A stretch of DNA of 64,000 nucleotides, taken from IMG/VR virus record IMGVR_UViG_3300038315_001276. One strand, written 5' to 3'. The notes under the pieces are model-generated. The model was given only the letters and a program-made list of their open reading frames with translations, did no database searches and was not told the DNA's origin. Below, piece after piece: positions 9,695 to 18,473 of the stretch. The translations under genes were made by a program, and so were the position numbers. Numbering within the stretch: the stretch's first letter is position 1; every line of letters begins with the position of its first letter. Source of the stretch: an uncultured virus (IMG/VR IMGVR_UViG_3300038315_001276) (Duplodnaviria > Heunggongvirae > Uroviricota > Caudoviricetes).

Positions 9695-10048
9695 ATGCGA
9701 AAACCGATTTTTGCTGTATGTATGCTGTTTATCTCCAGCTCTATCGCGTTCGCTCAAGAAGATCGAAAGTCTATCTATGACGACATGAGCTTGTGTGCAC
9801 TTCTTGCACAACAAGCATCCGATAATGTTGGAGCCTACATACCTTTCAATTACGAGCAGTTCGCTAGCAACTATTCGCATTTCGTGGGTGAGGAAATTCC
9901 CGACACTGATATAGCTTTTAAAACAATAGCATACACGTATACTACTATTATGGCAGTTTTTCGGAACGCAGATCTGCGAGATAAGTCGGCAGAGATCGAT
10001 GCGTTCAAGATGTCTTACCGCTACTGCCAAGAGCTTTCGGGCTTCTGA
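9695..10048 (+). CDS. Secreted hypothetical protein (moron) between terS and terL
   Basis: Signal peptide ending AFA, AT-richer, opposite strand. Confidence 0.7.
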   Translation: MRKPIFAVCMLFISSSIAFAQEDRKSIYDDMSLCALLAQQASDNVGAYIPFNYEQFASNYSHFVGEEIPDTDIAFKTIAYTYTTIMAVFRNADLRDKSAEIDAFKMSYRYCQELSGF

Positions 10049-10064
10049 AAGCATGCGCACCAAA

Positions 10065-10457
10065 CTAAACTGCCAGCGGGTTGTCATCATCTGAACTTTC
10101 GTCGAAGTCGCATCCAATACGCGTACGGCTTACCGGTGACAATCCATACTCAGCCGCAAGCTGGCGCGCAGTTTGCGCCGCCCGGTTCTGCACTCCGAAG
10201 AGTTTTGCGTCGATGTTTGCGGCATTCATGGCGCGGTTCGTTTCGATCTCGCGCACCACACCGATCATCATGCAGTAGTGTTCCACGCCTGCAAGATCAG
10301 CCTTGGTCAGCACCCGGTCTTTGATCAACCGCGGCATTATGCGTTTCCACTCAGCCGCGGCATAGGTGCTGAAATACTCTGGCACTGGCGGCGCTTTGGT
10401 CAGGGCGTCCTTGCTGGTCTTGGCTTGCGGTTTCACGCCGCGCAGGTGTGCGCTCAT
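10065..10457 (-). CDS. terS: Terminase small subunit, P27 family
   Basis: RGVKP, PP.P...A.EWKRI and EYGLSPVSR motifs. Confidence 0.9.
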   Translation of the reverse strand: MSAHLRGVKPQAKTSKDALTKAPPVPEYFSTYAAAEWKRIMPRLIKDRVLTKADLAGVEHYCMMIGVVREIETNRAMNAANIDAKLFGVQNRAAQTARQLAAEYGLSPVSRTRIGCDFDESSDDDNPLAV

Positions 10458-10783
10458 GGTTCGTTCACCCCGTTGACGCAGTGCAGTTCAAGCGCCAACC
10501 GATCCAGCGGCACGATCCGCACAATGCGATAGGTCTGGTTAACATGGATCACACGCATATCCGCGTTGATCCAGTCCACTACCCAAATGCGAAACACGTT
10601 GCGTGTTTCGGTGCGTTCAGTGCCGGTCAGGAACGTCTCTGCGCCTTCTTGCACCAGTTCAGCCCGCAAAATCTGTTCTGGTATCCAGCTCAGATGAACC
10701 GCACCCGAAGGCAGAACCGTTTCCAGCCTGCTTTCAAGTGTGATGCGCTCACGCAAAGCCCCTGCCCTGATCATGCGCGCCAC
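10454..10783 (-). CDS. Head closure / head-tail adaptor
   Basis: AGALRERITL motif, size and synteny. Confidence 0.8.
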   Translation of the reverse strand: MARMIRAGALRERITLESRLETVLPSGAVHLSWIPEQILRAELVQEGAETFLTGTERTETRNVFRIWVVDWINADMRVIHVNQTYRIVRIVPLDRLALELHCVNGVNEP

Positions 10784-11193
10784 CGGATCACAGCTTCGAT
10801 CTCAAGAACGCCGTGGGTAAACGCCAGCTCCGGCTGTGGGTCGCGCAACCAGATCAGGCGCGGCTGGTCTAGCTGGTCGATGCTAAACCCGTCTTGCTCG
10901 TCTGCCATGCCGATCAATGCACGGGATACGGCAAACCCGATGGCCTTGGCAGTGTCTGGACCGTCTTCAATCGCCCAAATGTTCAGATCGACGTTCACCC
11001 GTGCAAGGTGCTGGTCACCCGATGCGCGACCTAAGTATTGCGTCGATGCGCCGGACAGGACGACGCAAGGAAACTTGTCAGGACGCGTCGATCCGGCCCG
11101 AATGCGTTCAGGCTGCACGAGGTCAGTCACTGCCGGGTGCGCAAGCAGCGTGCCCCGCACGGCGGTTTGTAAGGCGAGACTAGGTTCGATCAT
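10771..11193 (-). CDS. Tail terminator (DUF3168-like)
   Basis: LALQTAV..L...V..RI, LNIW and THGVL motifs. Confidence 0.8.
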   Translation of the reverse strand: MIEPSLALQTAVRGTLLAHPAVTDLVQPERIRAGSTRPDKFPCVVLSGASTQYLGRASGDQHLARVNVDLNIWAIEDGPDTAKAIGFAVSRALIGMADEQDGFSIDQLDQPRLIWLRDPQPELAFTHGVLEIEAVIRWRA

Positions 11194-11606
11194 ATCGCAC
11201 CGGCTTTCTTGATGGCTGCGCTGATTGCGCGATTGATCCGATTGAGGACACGGGCTTTGGCGATACGGAAACCGGGGCGCATGAATGGCTGTGACTCATG
11301 GTTCACGGTGCCAAATTCCTGCATGTGGCCGGTGCGCACATCCGTGTTGCCGACTGTCACCAGCGCCTGATTAGGCGCGGCAGTCACTGATCCACCGCCC
11401 ACGGCATAAGGCGGCGTTGTCTCACCGGGGCCGGTGACGGCGATGGACGCTTTTAGATCGCCCTCATCGACCGGCACGAGCGCCCGCATATTGGCGGCAA
11501 CTTCCTCTGCGCCCTTCACAAGTGCCGGACGCACGCCCGCCAATACTTCTTGCGGTATCGCCAGCAGGCGCTTTTCCAGTGCGGCAGATCCCTTAAGCCG
11601 CGACAT
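11190..11606 (-). CDS. HK97 gp10-family tail completion protein
   Basis: VPVDEGDLKASI and EFGT...QPFMRPG motifs. Confidence 0.9.
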   Translation of the reverse strand: MSRLKGSAALEKRLLAIPQEVLAGVRPALVKGAEEVAANMRALVPVDEGDLKASIAVTGPGETTPPYAVGGGSVTAAPNQALVTVGNTDVRTGHMQEFGTVNHESQPFMRPGFRIAKARVLNRINRAISAAIKKAGAI

Positions 11607-11895
11607 GACCGGTCACACTTTCGCGGTAGGGGTTGATAAGCTTAAGGACGCCGAACGGCACAGCGCTCAGCCGCACGTCGCTGGCACTCTCGCGCTGGAC
11701 ATACCAATACGCCGCAAGCTGCAGGGCAGCTTCAGTCAGTGATGCCGGGATAGGATCGTGGTCAGCGAAGGGTGTGCCGGTAAAGTTGCCAATCCATTCT
11801 TCGGCCACGGCCAATTTGTGTGACAGCAAACCGTCATCAAAGTCATGGTCGAGATTCAGCTGTGCCTTCAGCAAGGGCAGCGATGTGATGGTCAT
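11593..11895 (-). CDS. Head-tail connector (HK97 gp6-like)
   Basis: LK.QLNLD..DD.LL and A.LQLAAYWY.QRE motifs. Confidence 0.9.
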   Translation of the reverse strand: MTITSLPLLKAQLNLDHDFDDGLLSHKLAVAEEWIGNFTGTPFADHDPIPASLTEAALQLAAYWYVQRESASDVRLSAVPFGVLKLINPYRESVTGHVAA

Positions 11896-12299
11896 GCGGT
11901 TCTATCCTGAAAAGTTATATTCGGGGTCTCTTGTGCGCGTGTCCCCCCGCCGGTCCCCTGATCTTGCGCAATGTTTTTGCCTACCCCCCGCATGGTGCTT
12001 GCGCGCTCCCGGATACGGGTTGTGCGGCGCTGTGCGCGGCGTTTGACGCTGATCAGCTGTTCTGGTGCTGGTGCATTTGCAATGCGCCTGATCAAGTGCT
12101 CACGGGTTGCGACCGGATCTACACCGGCGAGTGAGCAAACCATGTCAAAGTCGCTGTTCTGGATGGTCAGGTATTTGCGATTGCGCTCGATCTCGTTAAT
12201 GCGCGTCGCGCGGCTCTTGCTGGCAGACGATGTGCCAGTAAGGGCATCACTGATCGCCAAGGATAGCACTTCACACCAGAGGGCTTGATCTGAGTTCAC
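11892..12299 (-). CDS. Conserved-looking phage hypothetical protein
   Basis: GTG start overlaps the HNH stop. LW.EVL.LAISDA...DF.MVC.LAG.DP pattern. Confidence 0.65.
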   Translation of the reverse strand: MNSDQALWCEVLSLAISDALTGTSSASKSRATRINEIERNRKYLTIQNSDFDMVCSLAGVDPVATREHLIRRIANAPAPEQLISVKRRAQRRTTRIRERASTMRGVGKNIAQDQGTGGGTRAQETPNITFQDRTA

Positions 12300-12640
12300 A
12301 GTGTGCGCTCCAGCCGTTGTTTGTGTCGGTTGTGGCAAGGGGCGCAGAGGCTCTGCCAGTTGTGTTTATCCCAGAACAACATCATGTCGCCTTTGTGCGG
12401 CGTGATGTGATCCACCACAGTTGCCAAGGCATTGCAGCCGGGATGTGTGCAGACAGGATTGAACTGTAGCCATTCCTTGCGGGCAACTTCCCATTGGCGC
12501 GTATAGCCACGCTGGCGCGCGCTGGGCCTGTTTGTATCATGGCGCTTGTTCCGCGCACGGGTGGCCGCAACCCTGCAGGCACAGCGCTCGCCATGCGCCA
12601 CGATGGCACCACAGGTGCAAAGGTGCGGCGGGCGGCTCAT
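12296..12640 (-). CDS. HNH endonuclease (terminase cofactor, HK97 gp74-like)
   Basis: RGY...W, C...C, VVDHITPHKG and NWQSLCAPCHN. Confidence 0.92.
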   Translation of the reverse strand: MSRPPHLCTCGAIVAHGERCACRVAATRARNKRHDTNRPSARQRGYTRQWEVARKEWLQFNPVCTHPGCNALATVVDHITPHKGDMMLFWDKHNWQSLCAPCHNRHKQRLERTL

Positions 12641-13260
12641 GTCATCTTCGCCTTCAAGGCATGCAGCCCGGCGCGATCAAAATCAGGATCAAGGCCAGCG
12701 TCAATGTTCGCCTGTCGCTGATCGTTGTTCATGGTGGGTGCGTTGGCATCTTGGTCATCTCCACCGCCGTGAATGGACTTTAGCTGATCGACGTGACCGT
12801 CAAAGGCGTTCAGGATTTCCGGCAGCGTGGCGTTCCAAGCTGTGTCCGGCGTCCAGCCAAGCCAACCTGTCGTCAGTTTGTAGAGGTCTGCATACAGATC
12901 AGCCCATGCGACTGCCTTAGCTGCAGGTGCCTTCGCGGCCTCGCCCGTGATCTTGTCAGATACCGGGGTCATCAGCGCTGTGAGAAGTGCGAAGGCTGGT
13001 GCAAGCATGACTTGCTGGACCGTGCGCAAGGAAGCGCCAGACAGGGCGTTAAGCACTGTCTGAGCCGCCGCACGGTCAGGTGCTGCATACCGAATAATCT
13101 CGCGGATCGTCGCGGTGTCAAATTCATGCAGCTTCGAAAGCAGGGCGGGAAACCCGCCGTGCAATGCCTCAAGGTGCGTCGCGGCACGCAGCGACGGTTT
13201 GAGCCAAACGGTGTTGCCACCGTAGGCCAGAGCGATGTCAGATGCGTGCCGCTGCATCAT
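12637..13260 (-). CDS. Tail assembly chaperone, two-domain (G-like plus T-like)
   Basis: N-terminal LKPSLRAA.HLE and C-terminal LGWTPDTAWNATLPEI. Confidence 0.65.
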   Translation of the reverse strand: MMQRHASDIALAYGGNTVWLKPSLRAATHLEALHGGFPALLSKLHEFDTATIREIIRYAAPDRAAAQTVLNALSGASLRTVQQVMLAPAFALLTALMTPVSDKITGEAAKAPAAKAVAWADLYADLYKLTTGWLGWTPDTAWNATLPEILNAFDGHVDQLKSIHGGGDDQDANAPTMNNDQRQANIDAGLDPDFDRAGLHALKAKMT

Positions 13261-13261
13261 C

Positions 13262-14824
13262 TTATGCCGCGCACTTCAATTTGATGAAGCGATCAGGGTG
13301 CGTCACGTCTGCGCCGACACGCTTGCGGGCATGGAAACGCACCTGACCATTCACAGCAAGGCTGTAGGGGTCACGCAACGTGGTCAGGCCCACGCGGTCA
13401 ATAATCCGGTAGCCCTGCATGTCGCCAAACAGGATCGGGTAAGTGTCCGCGCCGACATCGTCCATATCCGGCATTTCAACCACCGGACGGCCAAGCAGCG
13501 TCGAAGGTGCGCCAGCGGTGATCGGATCAAGCACGAGATAGCGGCCATTGCCATCTTTCCACTGCCGGACGATGGCCAGCGTGTTGCGGTTCATGATCCA
13601 GACACCGGACTGCGCGTAAGTCGTGGCGATCATGTGATACATCGCGATCAGCACGTCAGCAGGGTTTGACGCGGGGAAGTTTGCCGCGACGCCGGTTTTC
13701 AGCTCGGCAATGCCAGACGCGGCCATGATGCCGAACGGCTGCCCAGCGCCGGTGCCTTTGACAAAGGCCAGCCCTTCTGTCCTCGCGAAAGACTCGGCGA
13801 AGTCAGACAGCAGCTCACCTTCAAGATTATAGGCGTTGTCTTCAAGCAGCGCGTTCGACACGTCCGTGAACGTGGCCAGTTCGTGCGGTGTCATTGTCAC
13901 CTGTTCAAACGTCATGCCGGATGCGGTGCGGCTGGCGATCTCGGCAACCCACGTTGCTGAGGTGCCGGTGACACGGCGCGGATACACGATAGAGGGTGCG
14001 CTGATCGAAATGACTTTCGCGTAGGACCGGATCGGGCTGAACTCTGTCAGCAGCTTGATCAGTTCACTGCCAAACTCTTGCGGTGCCAGATAGCCCGCGC
14101 TGGCGTCATTTGCGACGGTCAGGGCTTTGACTTCTTCTGGAGCGATCCGTTCGACACCACGGCGCAGGAAGTTACCAAACGCCTTGGTTTCGGGGTCTGT
14201 GACCGGGCCAGTGATGTGAACGCCTTGCGGGCGGTTTGCTTTCGCTTCGATCTTATCCAGCCGGGATTTGATTTCGTCGAAAGCTTTGGTGTCCATCTGG
14301 GGCGCGTTGGCCGGTGCAGATGGATTGATCGGATCTTCGATAGTTTCGGTATTCATGTTTTGTTCCTCAGTAGGCTTTGCGGTGCCGTCCGATTTCAGGG
14401 AAGTGATCTGTGCGCCCGGATGGCACGGCACAGCGACAACAGAGATTTCATGCAGGGACAGCGCGGTGATCGTGCGGCCCTTGGCGCGCGGTGTTGACTT
14501 GGTGGTGACAAAACCGATGGACAGGCCCGACACGGCTTTCGCGCTTATCATCGCCTGCACTTCGCGGGCGCGCGCCACATCGTCGATCAGCAGACGGCCT
14601 TTGACAGTCAGGCCAGCATCAGTTTCTTCGATCTGGTCCCAAACGCCGATGACCTGCCCCTGATCGTGTGCAAACAGCATCGGCAGCGTGACAGGTGCTG
14701 CGATAGCACCCTTTTCAATCACGTCACCGACGCGATCAGCGCTGCCAAATGGCCACGCAATGCCTTCGATCAGCCCTTCGGGCGTGACGGTCAGATCAGC
14801 TTTGAATTCTAAACGGGTCGTCAT
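13262..14824 (-). CDS. Fused prohead protease and HK97-fold major capsid protein
   Basis: Protease motifs LFAHD, GLSIGF and EISVVAVP, a linker, then capsid motifs AGYLAP, WVAE and ILFGD. Confidence 0.93.
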   Translation of the reverse strand: MTTRLEFKADLTVTPEGLIEGIAWPFGSADRVGDVIEKGAIAAPVTLPMLFAHDQGQVIGVWDQIEETDAGLTVKGRLLIDDVARAREVQAMISAKAVSGLSIGFVTTKSTPRAKGRTITALSLHEISVVAVPCHPGAQITSLKSDGTAKPTEEQNMNTETIEDPINPSAPANAPQMDTKAFDEIKSRLDKIEAKANRPQGVHITGPVTDPETKAFGNFLRRGVERIAPEEVKALTVANDASAGYLAPQEFGSELIKLLTEFSPIRSYAKVISISAPSIVYPRRVTGTSATWVAEIASRTASGMTFEQVTMTPHELATFTDVSNALLEDNAYNLEGELLSDFAESFARTEGLAFVKGTGAGQPFGIMAASGIAELKTGVAANFPASNPADVLIAMYHMIATTYAQSGVWIMNRNTLAIVRQWKDGNGRYLVLDPITAGAPSTLLGRPVVEMPDMDDVGADTYPILFGDMQGYRIIDRVGLTTLRDPYSLAVNGQVRFHARKRVGADVTHPDRFIKLKCAA

Positions 14825-15150
14825 GCTGCGGTGTCCCCGATGGCCGGTTCAGCCGTGCCGTTCCAACGGGCGTCAAGGATGTCGAGTGCGAGCGGGAATG
14901 TCTCAGCCATTGGGCGATTGCGCGCATATGTATCGACAAGCTGCATCGCCTGTTGCGGGTGCATGCCTGCCCCGATCAATCCAAGCCGGATGACGTGCGC
15001 CAGTTCGTCAGATTTGAACAGCATCGATACCGCGCGCTGATAGAAAGCGCCGATGCCGGTTTCGGTCAGGCGCTCCAATTCGGTGATCATATCGTCGGTC
15101 AGTGTGAAGTCGTGTTCAGCGGTGGCAAAGAATGCGCGGTGCGAGATCAT
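14821..15150 (-). CDS. GTA-gp10-like tail assembly chaperone
   Basis: F.LT...I.ELE..T.GI and IRLGLIGAGM motifs. Confidence 0.7.
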   Translation of the reverse strand: MISHRAFFATAEHDFTLTDDMITELERLTETGIGAFYQRAVSMLFKSDELAHVIRLGLIGAGMHPQQAMQLVDTYARNRPMAETFPLALDILDARWNGTAEPAIGDTAA

Positions 15151-16334
15151 GATGCGTCAGCCTCTGGGGCCGGGGCAGATGCGCCGGACGTGGTGTAGGG
15201 GTTGGCAAGGCTGTTGCCATCGGCAAGCGGCGCAAGGTTCAAACCGCTGCGCACCTCGTTTGCCGTTATCGCGCCCATGCTGCGATACTGACCATAGGCA
15301 CCGGCACGCGCCGTTGCGTTGGTGGTCAGCAGATCATCGGTGACAAATTCGATATAGAACGCGGCGCGCTCTTCTGGCGTGAACAGGACACGGGCGTATG
15401 CCCATGCCCAACTCACCAGCCAAGGCTTTAGCGTGATCGCATAGAACTGGCGCGCCATCTCTTCTGTGTTGGACCATGTGCCGCGTGTCAGCTCAAACAG
15501 CATTGTAGGCGGCACCCGAAAGACGCGGGCGATCTCGCGGATTTGCTCAAGCCGGTTTTCCGCAAACTGCGCGTCGGCAAGGGTCATGGAAAGCTGATCA
15601 TAGCTCATGCCCTCGTCCAAGATGGCGGTGCCACCGGCGTTGCGCCCTGCGTGAGTGTTGAACCAAGACGCCGCGATCTTCTTCTTGGCCTCTACGTCCA
15701 GCATCTTTTCGCTTTTAATGATGCCAGAGGGGCGCGCGCCATTGGCAAAAAGGCTGGCGACGTGCTGTTCGAAGGCAAGGCTGAGTGCGATGGCTTCACG
15801 GCCAAGGGTGATCGGTGAGACGCCGCCGAAAGGCTGGATATGCAGGATGTCGCGGTAACTGTAGCGACGTGGCCCCTGATCAGTCTGAACGATATAAAAG
15901 GGTTCACCGTCCGGCTCATAGTCTGTGCGCACACTGGAGGGATCAATCCGGTGCAATTCGAAGGGCGCGCCATCGGTCAGCCTGACAACCTGCGCATAGC
16001 CATTTCCGGTCAAAAGTGCGTCGATGGTCAGGTGTTCGCGCAGTTGGCCTGCAGAGGTCCACTCGTTCGCTTCATCATGCACGAGGCGATAAGCGCCCTG
16101 CCCCTTCGCCGCTTCTCTCGTGTCAGTCAGATGGACCTTGGCAGGCATCGCACCAATGGTCTCAGAGATGAGCGCCACGGCGCAAGCAACAGCTGGAACA
16201 CGCAAGGCTGAGTTGCCGCTGACATGAATGCCGGTAGCGGTTGGCGTTGCACCAAAAAGGCCAAAAGCCTCTGGATCAGTCAGGCTCAGGGCTTTGGATT
16301 CGTGCTTGCGAAATAGGCGGTCGATAAAGGACAT
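15147..16334 (-). CDS. Portal protein, HK97 family
   Basis: AV.ACV.LISE, LLTGNGY, FANGARPSG, IARVFRVPP and T.NEVR. Confidence 0.95.
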   Translation of the reverse strand: MSFIDRLFRKHESKALSLTDPEAFGLFGATPTATGIHVSGNSALRVPAVACAVALISETIGAMPAKVHLTDTREAAKGQGAYRLVHDEANEWTSAGQLREHLTIDALLTGNGYAQVVRLTDGAPFELHRIDPSSVRTDYEPDGEPFYIVQTDQGPRRYSYRDILHIQPFGGVSPITLGREAIALSLAFEQHVASLFANGARPSGIIKSEKMLDVEAKKKIAASWFNTHAGRNAGGTAILDEGMSYDQLSMTLADAQFAENRLEQIREIARVFRVPPTMLFELTRGTWSNTEEMARQFYAITLKPWLVSWAWAYARVLFTPEERAAFYIEFVTDDLLTTNATARAGAYGQYRSMGAITANEVRSGLNLAPLADGNSLANPYTTSGASAPAPEADAS

Positions 16335-16351
16335 TCAGCATTCCATACAGG

Positions 16352-16390
16352 GTGGTATCTATATACCACACCGCTGAATCGCTGTGAATC
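16352..16390 (-). promoter_or_regulatory. Morphogenesis operon promoter with palindromic operator
   Basis: TTCACA-N17-TATATA. GTGGTAT-N4-ATACCAC palindrome covers the -10. Two GANTC sites 10 bp apart. Confidence 0.55.
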
Positions 16391-16407
16391 CACTAAATGT
16401 TATATTA

Positions 16408-17976
16408 TTACATTTTAATGTTGTAGTCCGGCAGTCGAGCGATGGCATCGGCCTTGGTCTTGATCGTCACATCACCATAGTGGTCGGCAGCGGTCCTTCC
16501 AGCGTGGCCTTGAATAGCGTCGGCTACACGATCGGAGATACCCAGTTCGCGGCACTGCGTTTTGAGCCTGTGCCGCCATGCGTGGTTGGGTTGAATGCCA
16601 TCAGGCACCAGCCCGCCTTTGCGCAACCAGTCTGACAGCTTATTCGAGACGATTACAGCCGCGCCTCTGAACTTTTCGGGCTTGGTCGCATTGTGGAACA
16701 GTGGACCTTCGTCAGCATCTTCAATGAATCTGACAAAACCCTCTGCAACTATCTGAGCATGCAGCGGCACGTCACGATAGCCGCCGGATTTGACAGTGCC
16801 AGCGTCCGGCGTGATCCGCGCGACCCAATGTTCGCCTACCTTGGTTACGTCCTCTTTCCGCAACTGAATAATTTCAGAAACCCGCGCACCGGTAAACGCA
16901 CAGATGATCGGCACCCACCGCTTTACGTTCGCCATTTTCGTAGATTCACGCACACGTCCAAATTCGTCCGGTGTCGATTGATACGTGCGTGACGCCTTCA
17001 ATACCTTCTTGGCCTCGTCATCGGTGTATCCACGTTCACGGCCATACACTTTGCGCGGTTTAGGCTGTCGCACCGTTGCCGCTACATTCTCGGGCAGGCG
17101 GTCATTTTCTACAGCCCATGCCAGCACTGATTTCAGAGCAGAGAGGTAGATGTCGTTAACAGTCTTTGGCGATAGCGATTTCATTAAGTGGTCTCGCCAA
17201 GCCAGCACGTCTTTTTTCGTGACGCGACCAGCGTCGTTGTGTTTAAGAAATTTGCGCAGGTTGTCGATCACTGGGCGATGTCGCTGCCCTTTGTCGCGCA
17301 TGAAACCGGCCTGCATCCGACTGTTCAAATAATCGGCCCAGAGGCCGGTCAGGCTGACCGGCGCAGGGGCCTTTTCAGCCTGGGTGGCGTCCTTAAGTAT
17401 CGGTGCAGTCGGTGTGCCGGTATAGTCACCTTCATCACGCTCAGCGACACGTGCCAGCGCTTCTAGCTCTGCGCTGCACAAGGCCCGAGCGATCACCCGC
17501 CATTCATCGCTGCCATGCACCGCATCGATATTCCCAGCTGCCCTGAATCTTTCGAGCTGATCACCGATGACCGACTGCAGCTCATCATCACTACAGCGGC
17601 CTGCTACTGCTTGGCGCAGTTGATAAACGTAAAGATCATCAATGCCGGTGTTAGCGTATCGTGAATCATTTCGCAGAAGGTCGTCGAACGCCAAACGCTG
17701 ATGGTAGTGGCTGAGAGCGATTTGGTCTGGTGCCAGAGGATACCGGGCTTGGGCTGGCTTCTGCCTTCCTTGCGACTCTTCGCGCTCAGCCAGCGCGATC
17801 TGGTGCTGTAGCTGCGCCACGGCCCCGGGTAAGAGCTTGAGGGCCTGCCTGTAGTCTGCCCCTAGTGCCCTGCGAAGCTCGGTCTTGCCGACAATACCGC
17901 GAAGATCTTTAGGGACAACAAGGCGGGCGTGATACCGCCCGGATCGATTGATGAGATGCCTGATCTTGCCAGCCAT
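16408..17976 (-). CDS. int: Tyrosine integrase with DUF6538-like N-terminus
   Basis: TGARVSE, VK, HAWRH, GH and DHYG catalytic set. Adjacent to att. Confidence 0.93.
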   Translation of the reverse strand: MAGKIRHLINRSGRYHARLVVPKDLRGIVGKTELRRALGADYRQALKLLPGAVAQLQHQIALAEREESQGRQKPAQARYPLAPDQIALSHYHQRLAFDDLLRNDSRYANTGIDDLYVYQLRQAVAGRCSDDELQSVIGDQLERFRAAGNIDAVHGSDEWRVIARALCSAELEALARVAERDEGDYTGTPTAPILKDATQAEKAPAPVSLTGLWADYLNSRMQAGFMRDKGQRHRPVIDNLRKFLKHNDAGRVTKKDVLAWRDHLMKSLSPKTVNDIYLSALKSVLAWAVENDRLPENVAATVRQPKPRKVYGRERGYTDDEAKKVLKASRTYQSTPDEFGRVRESTKMANVKRWVPIICAFTGARVSEIIQLRKEDVTKVGEHWVARITPDAGTVKSGGYRDVPLHAQIVAEGFVRFIEDADEGPLFHNATKPEKFRGAAVIVSNKLSDWLRKGGLVPDGIQPNHAWRHRLKTQCRELGISDRVADAIQGHAGRTAADHYGDVTIKTKADAIARLPDYNIKM

Positions 17977-18049
17977 GGTAAACCCGTTTGTAACCAAAAC
18001 TGTAACCGTTGAACGGACTTCCAGCCTTATTTGCAAGGGTATTGTTTGT

Positions 18050-18091
18050 TATCAATAAGTTGAAGTGGTGCGGGTGAAGGGACTCGAACCC
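18050..18091. repeat. att direct repeat, right copy
   Basis: Matches 96-137 with one mismatch. Confidence 0.95.
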
Positions 18092-18119
18092 CCACGCCAT
18101 AGGCGCCAGAACCTAAATC
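18066..18119 (-). pseudogene. 3' half of tRNA-Leu(UAG), prophage att site
   Basis: Minus strand GATTTAGGTTCTGGCGCCTATGGCGTGGGGGTTCGAGTCCCTTCACCCGCACCA gives anticodon loop, long variable arm, T arm and CCA. The 5' half is absent. Confidence 0.9.
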
Positions 18120-18225
18120 ATACGATTGTCTTTTAAAAACAAAGGGGCGTTCGTCATAAAAAGCGAACGCCCCGTGTAACACCCCCTCGATGCAGCCAAA
18201 TACGATGGTGATTAGGAGACATAAT

Positions 18226-18408
18226 ATGGAAATAATCAAACGCGGAACAAAACCCGAAGACGCCCGACATATCGGCACTTGCGCCAACTGCAAAACAGAG
18301 GTGGAATTCGCTCGGTCAGAGGGCGTTGTGACGCATGATCAACGTGATGGAAGTTTCGTGTCTGTGGACTGCCCCGTTTGCGTGTATAAGATACACTCCG
18401 ACCTGTAA
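18226..18408 (+). CDS. Small zinc-ribbon protein
   Basis: AGGAG RBS and CxxC...CxxC. Confidence 0.7.
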   Translation: MEIIKRGTKPEDARHIGTCANCKTEVEFARSEGVVTHDQRDGSFVSVDCPVCVYKIHSDL

Positions 18409-18438
18409 CCCCGACCACTACAGCCCCTCGATAGACAC

Positions 18439-18472
18439 CAAAAAGCCCCGGCCAGAAACGGTCGGGGCTTTG
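18439..18472. terminator. Bidirectional terminator
   Basis: AAAGCCCCG...CGGGGCTTT hairpin between convergent genes. Confidence 0.7.
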
Positions 18473-18473
18473 C

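Larger units (their letters stand above)
96..18091. mobile_element. Integrated ~18 kb phage satellite-like element (integrase, HK97-type head/neck, tape measure; no tail tube, lysis or rep gene)
   Basis: Bounded by a 42-bp direct repeat containing a tRNA 3' end. Integrase is next to the right repeat, and morphogenesis genes form a contiguous minus-strand operon at 5619-16334. Confidence 0.9.

Noticed and set aside
5619..16334. Host RcGTA-type gene transfer agent cluster
   Set aside because: It has an integrase, att repeats, HNH and a shuffled gene order, and lacks GTA tube and baseplate genes.
18066..18119. Functional tRNA-Leu gene
   Set aside because: The D-arm and 5' acceptor strand are missing. 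It is an att remnant.
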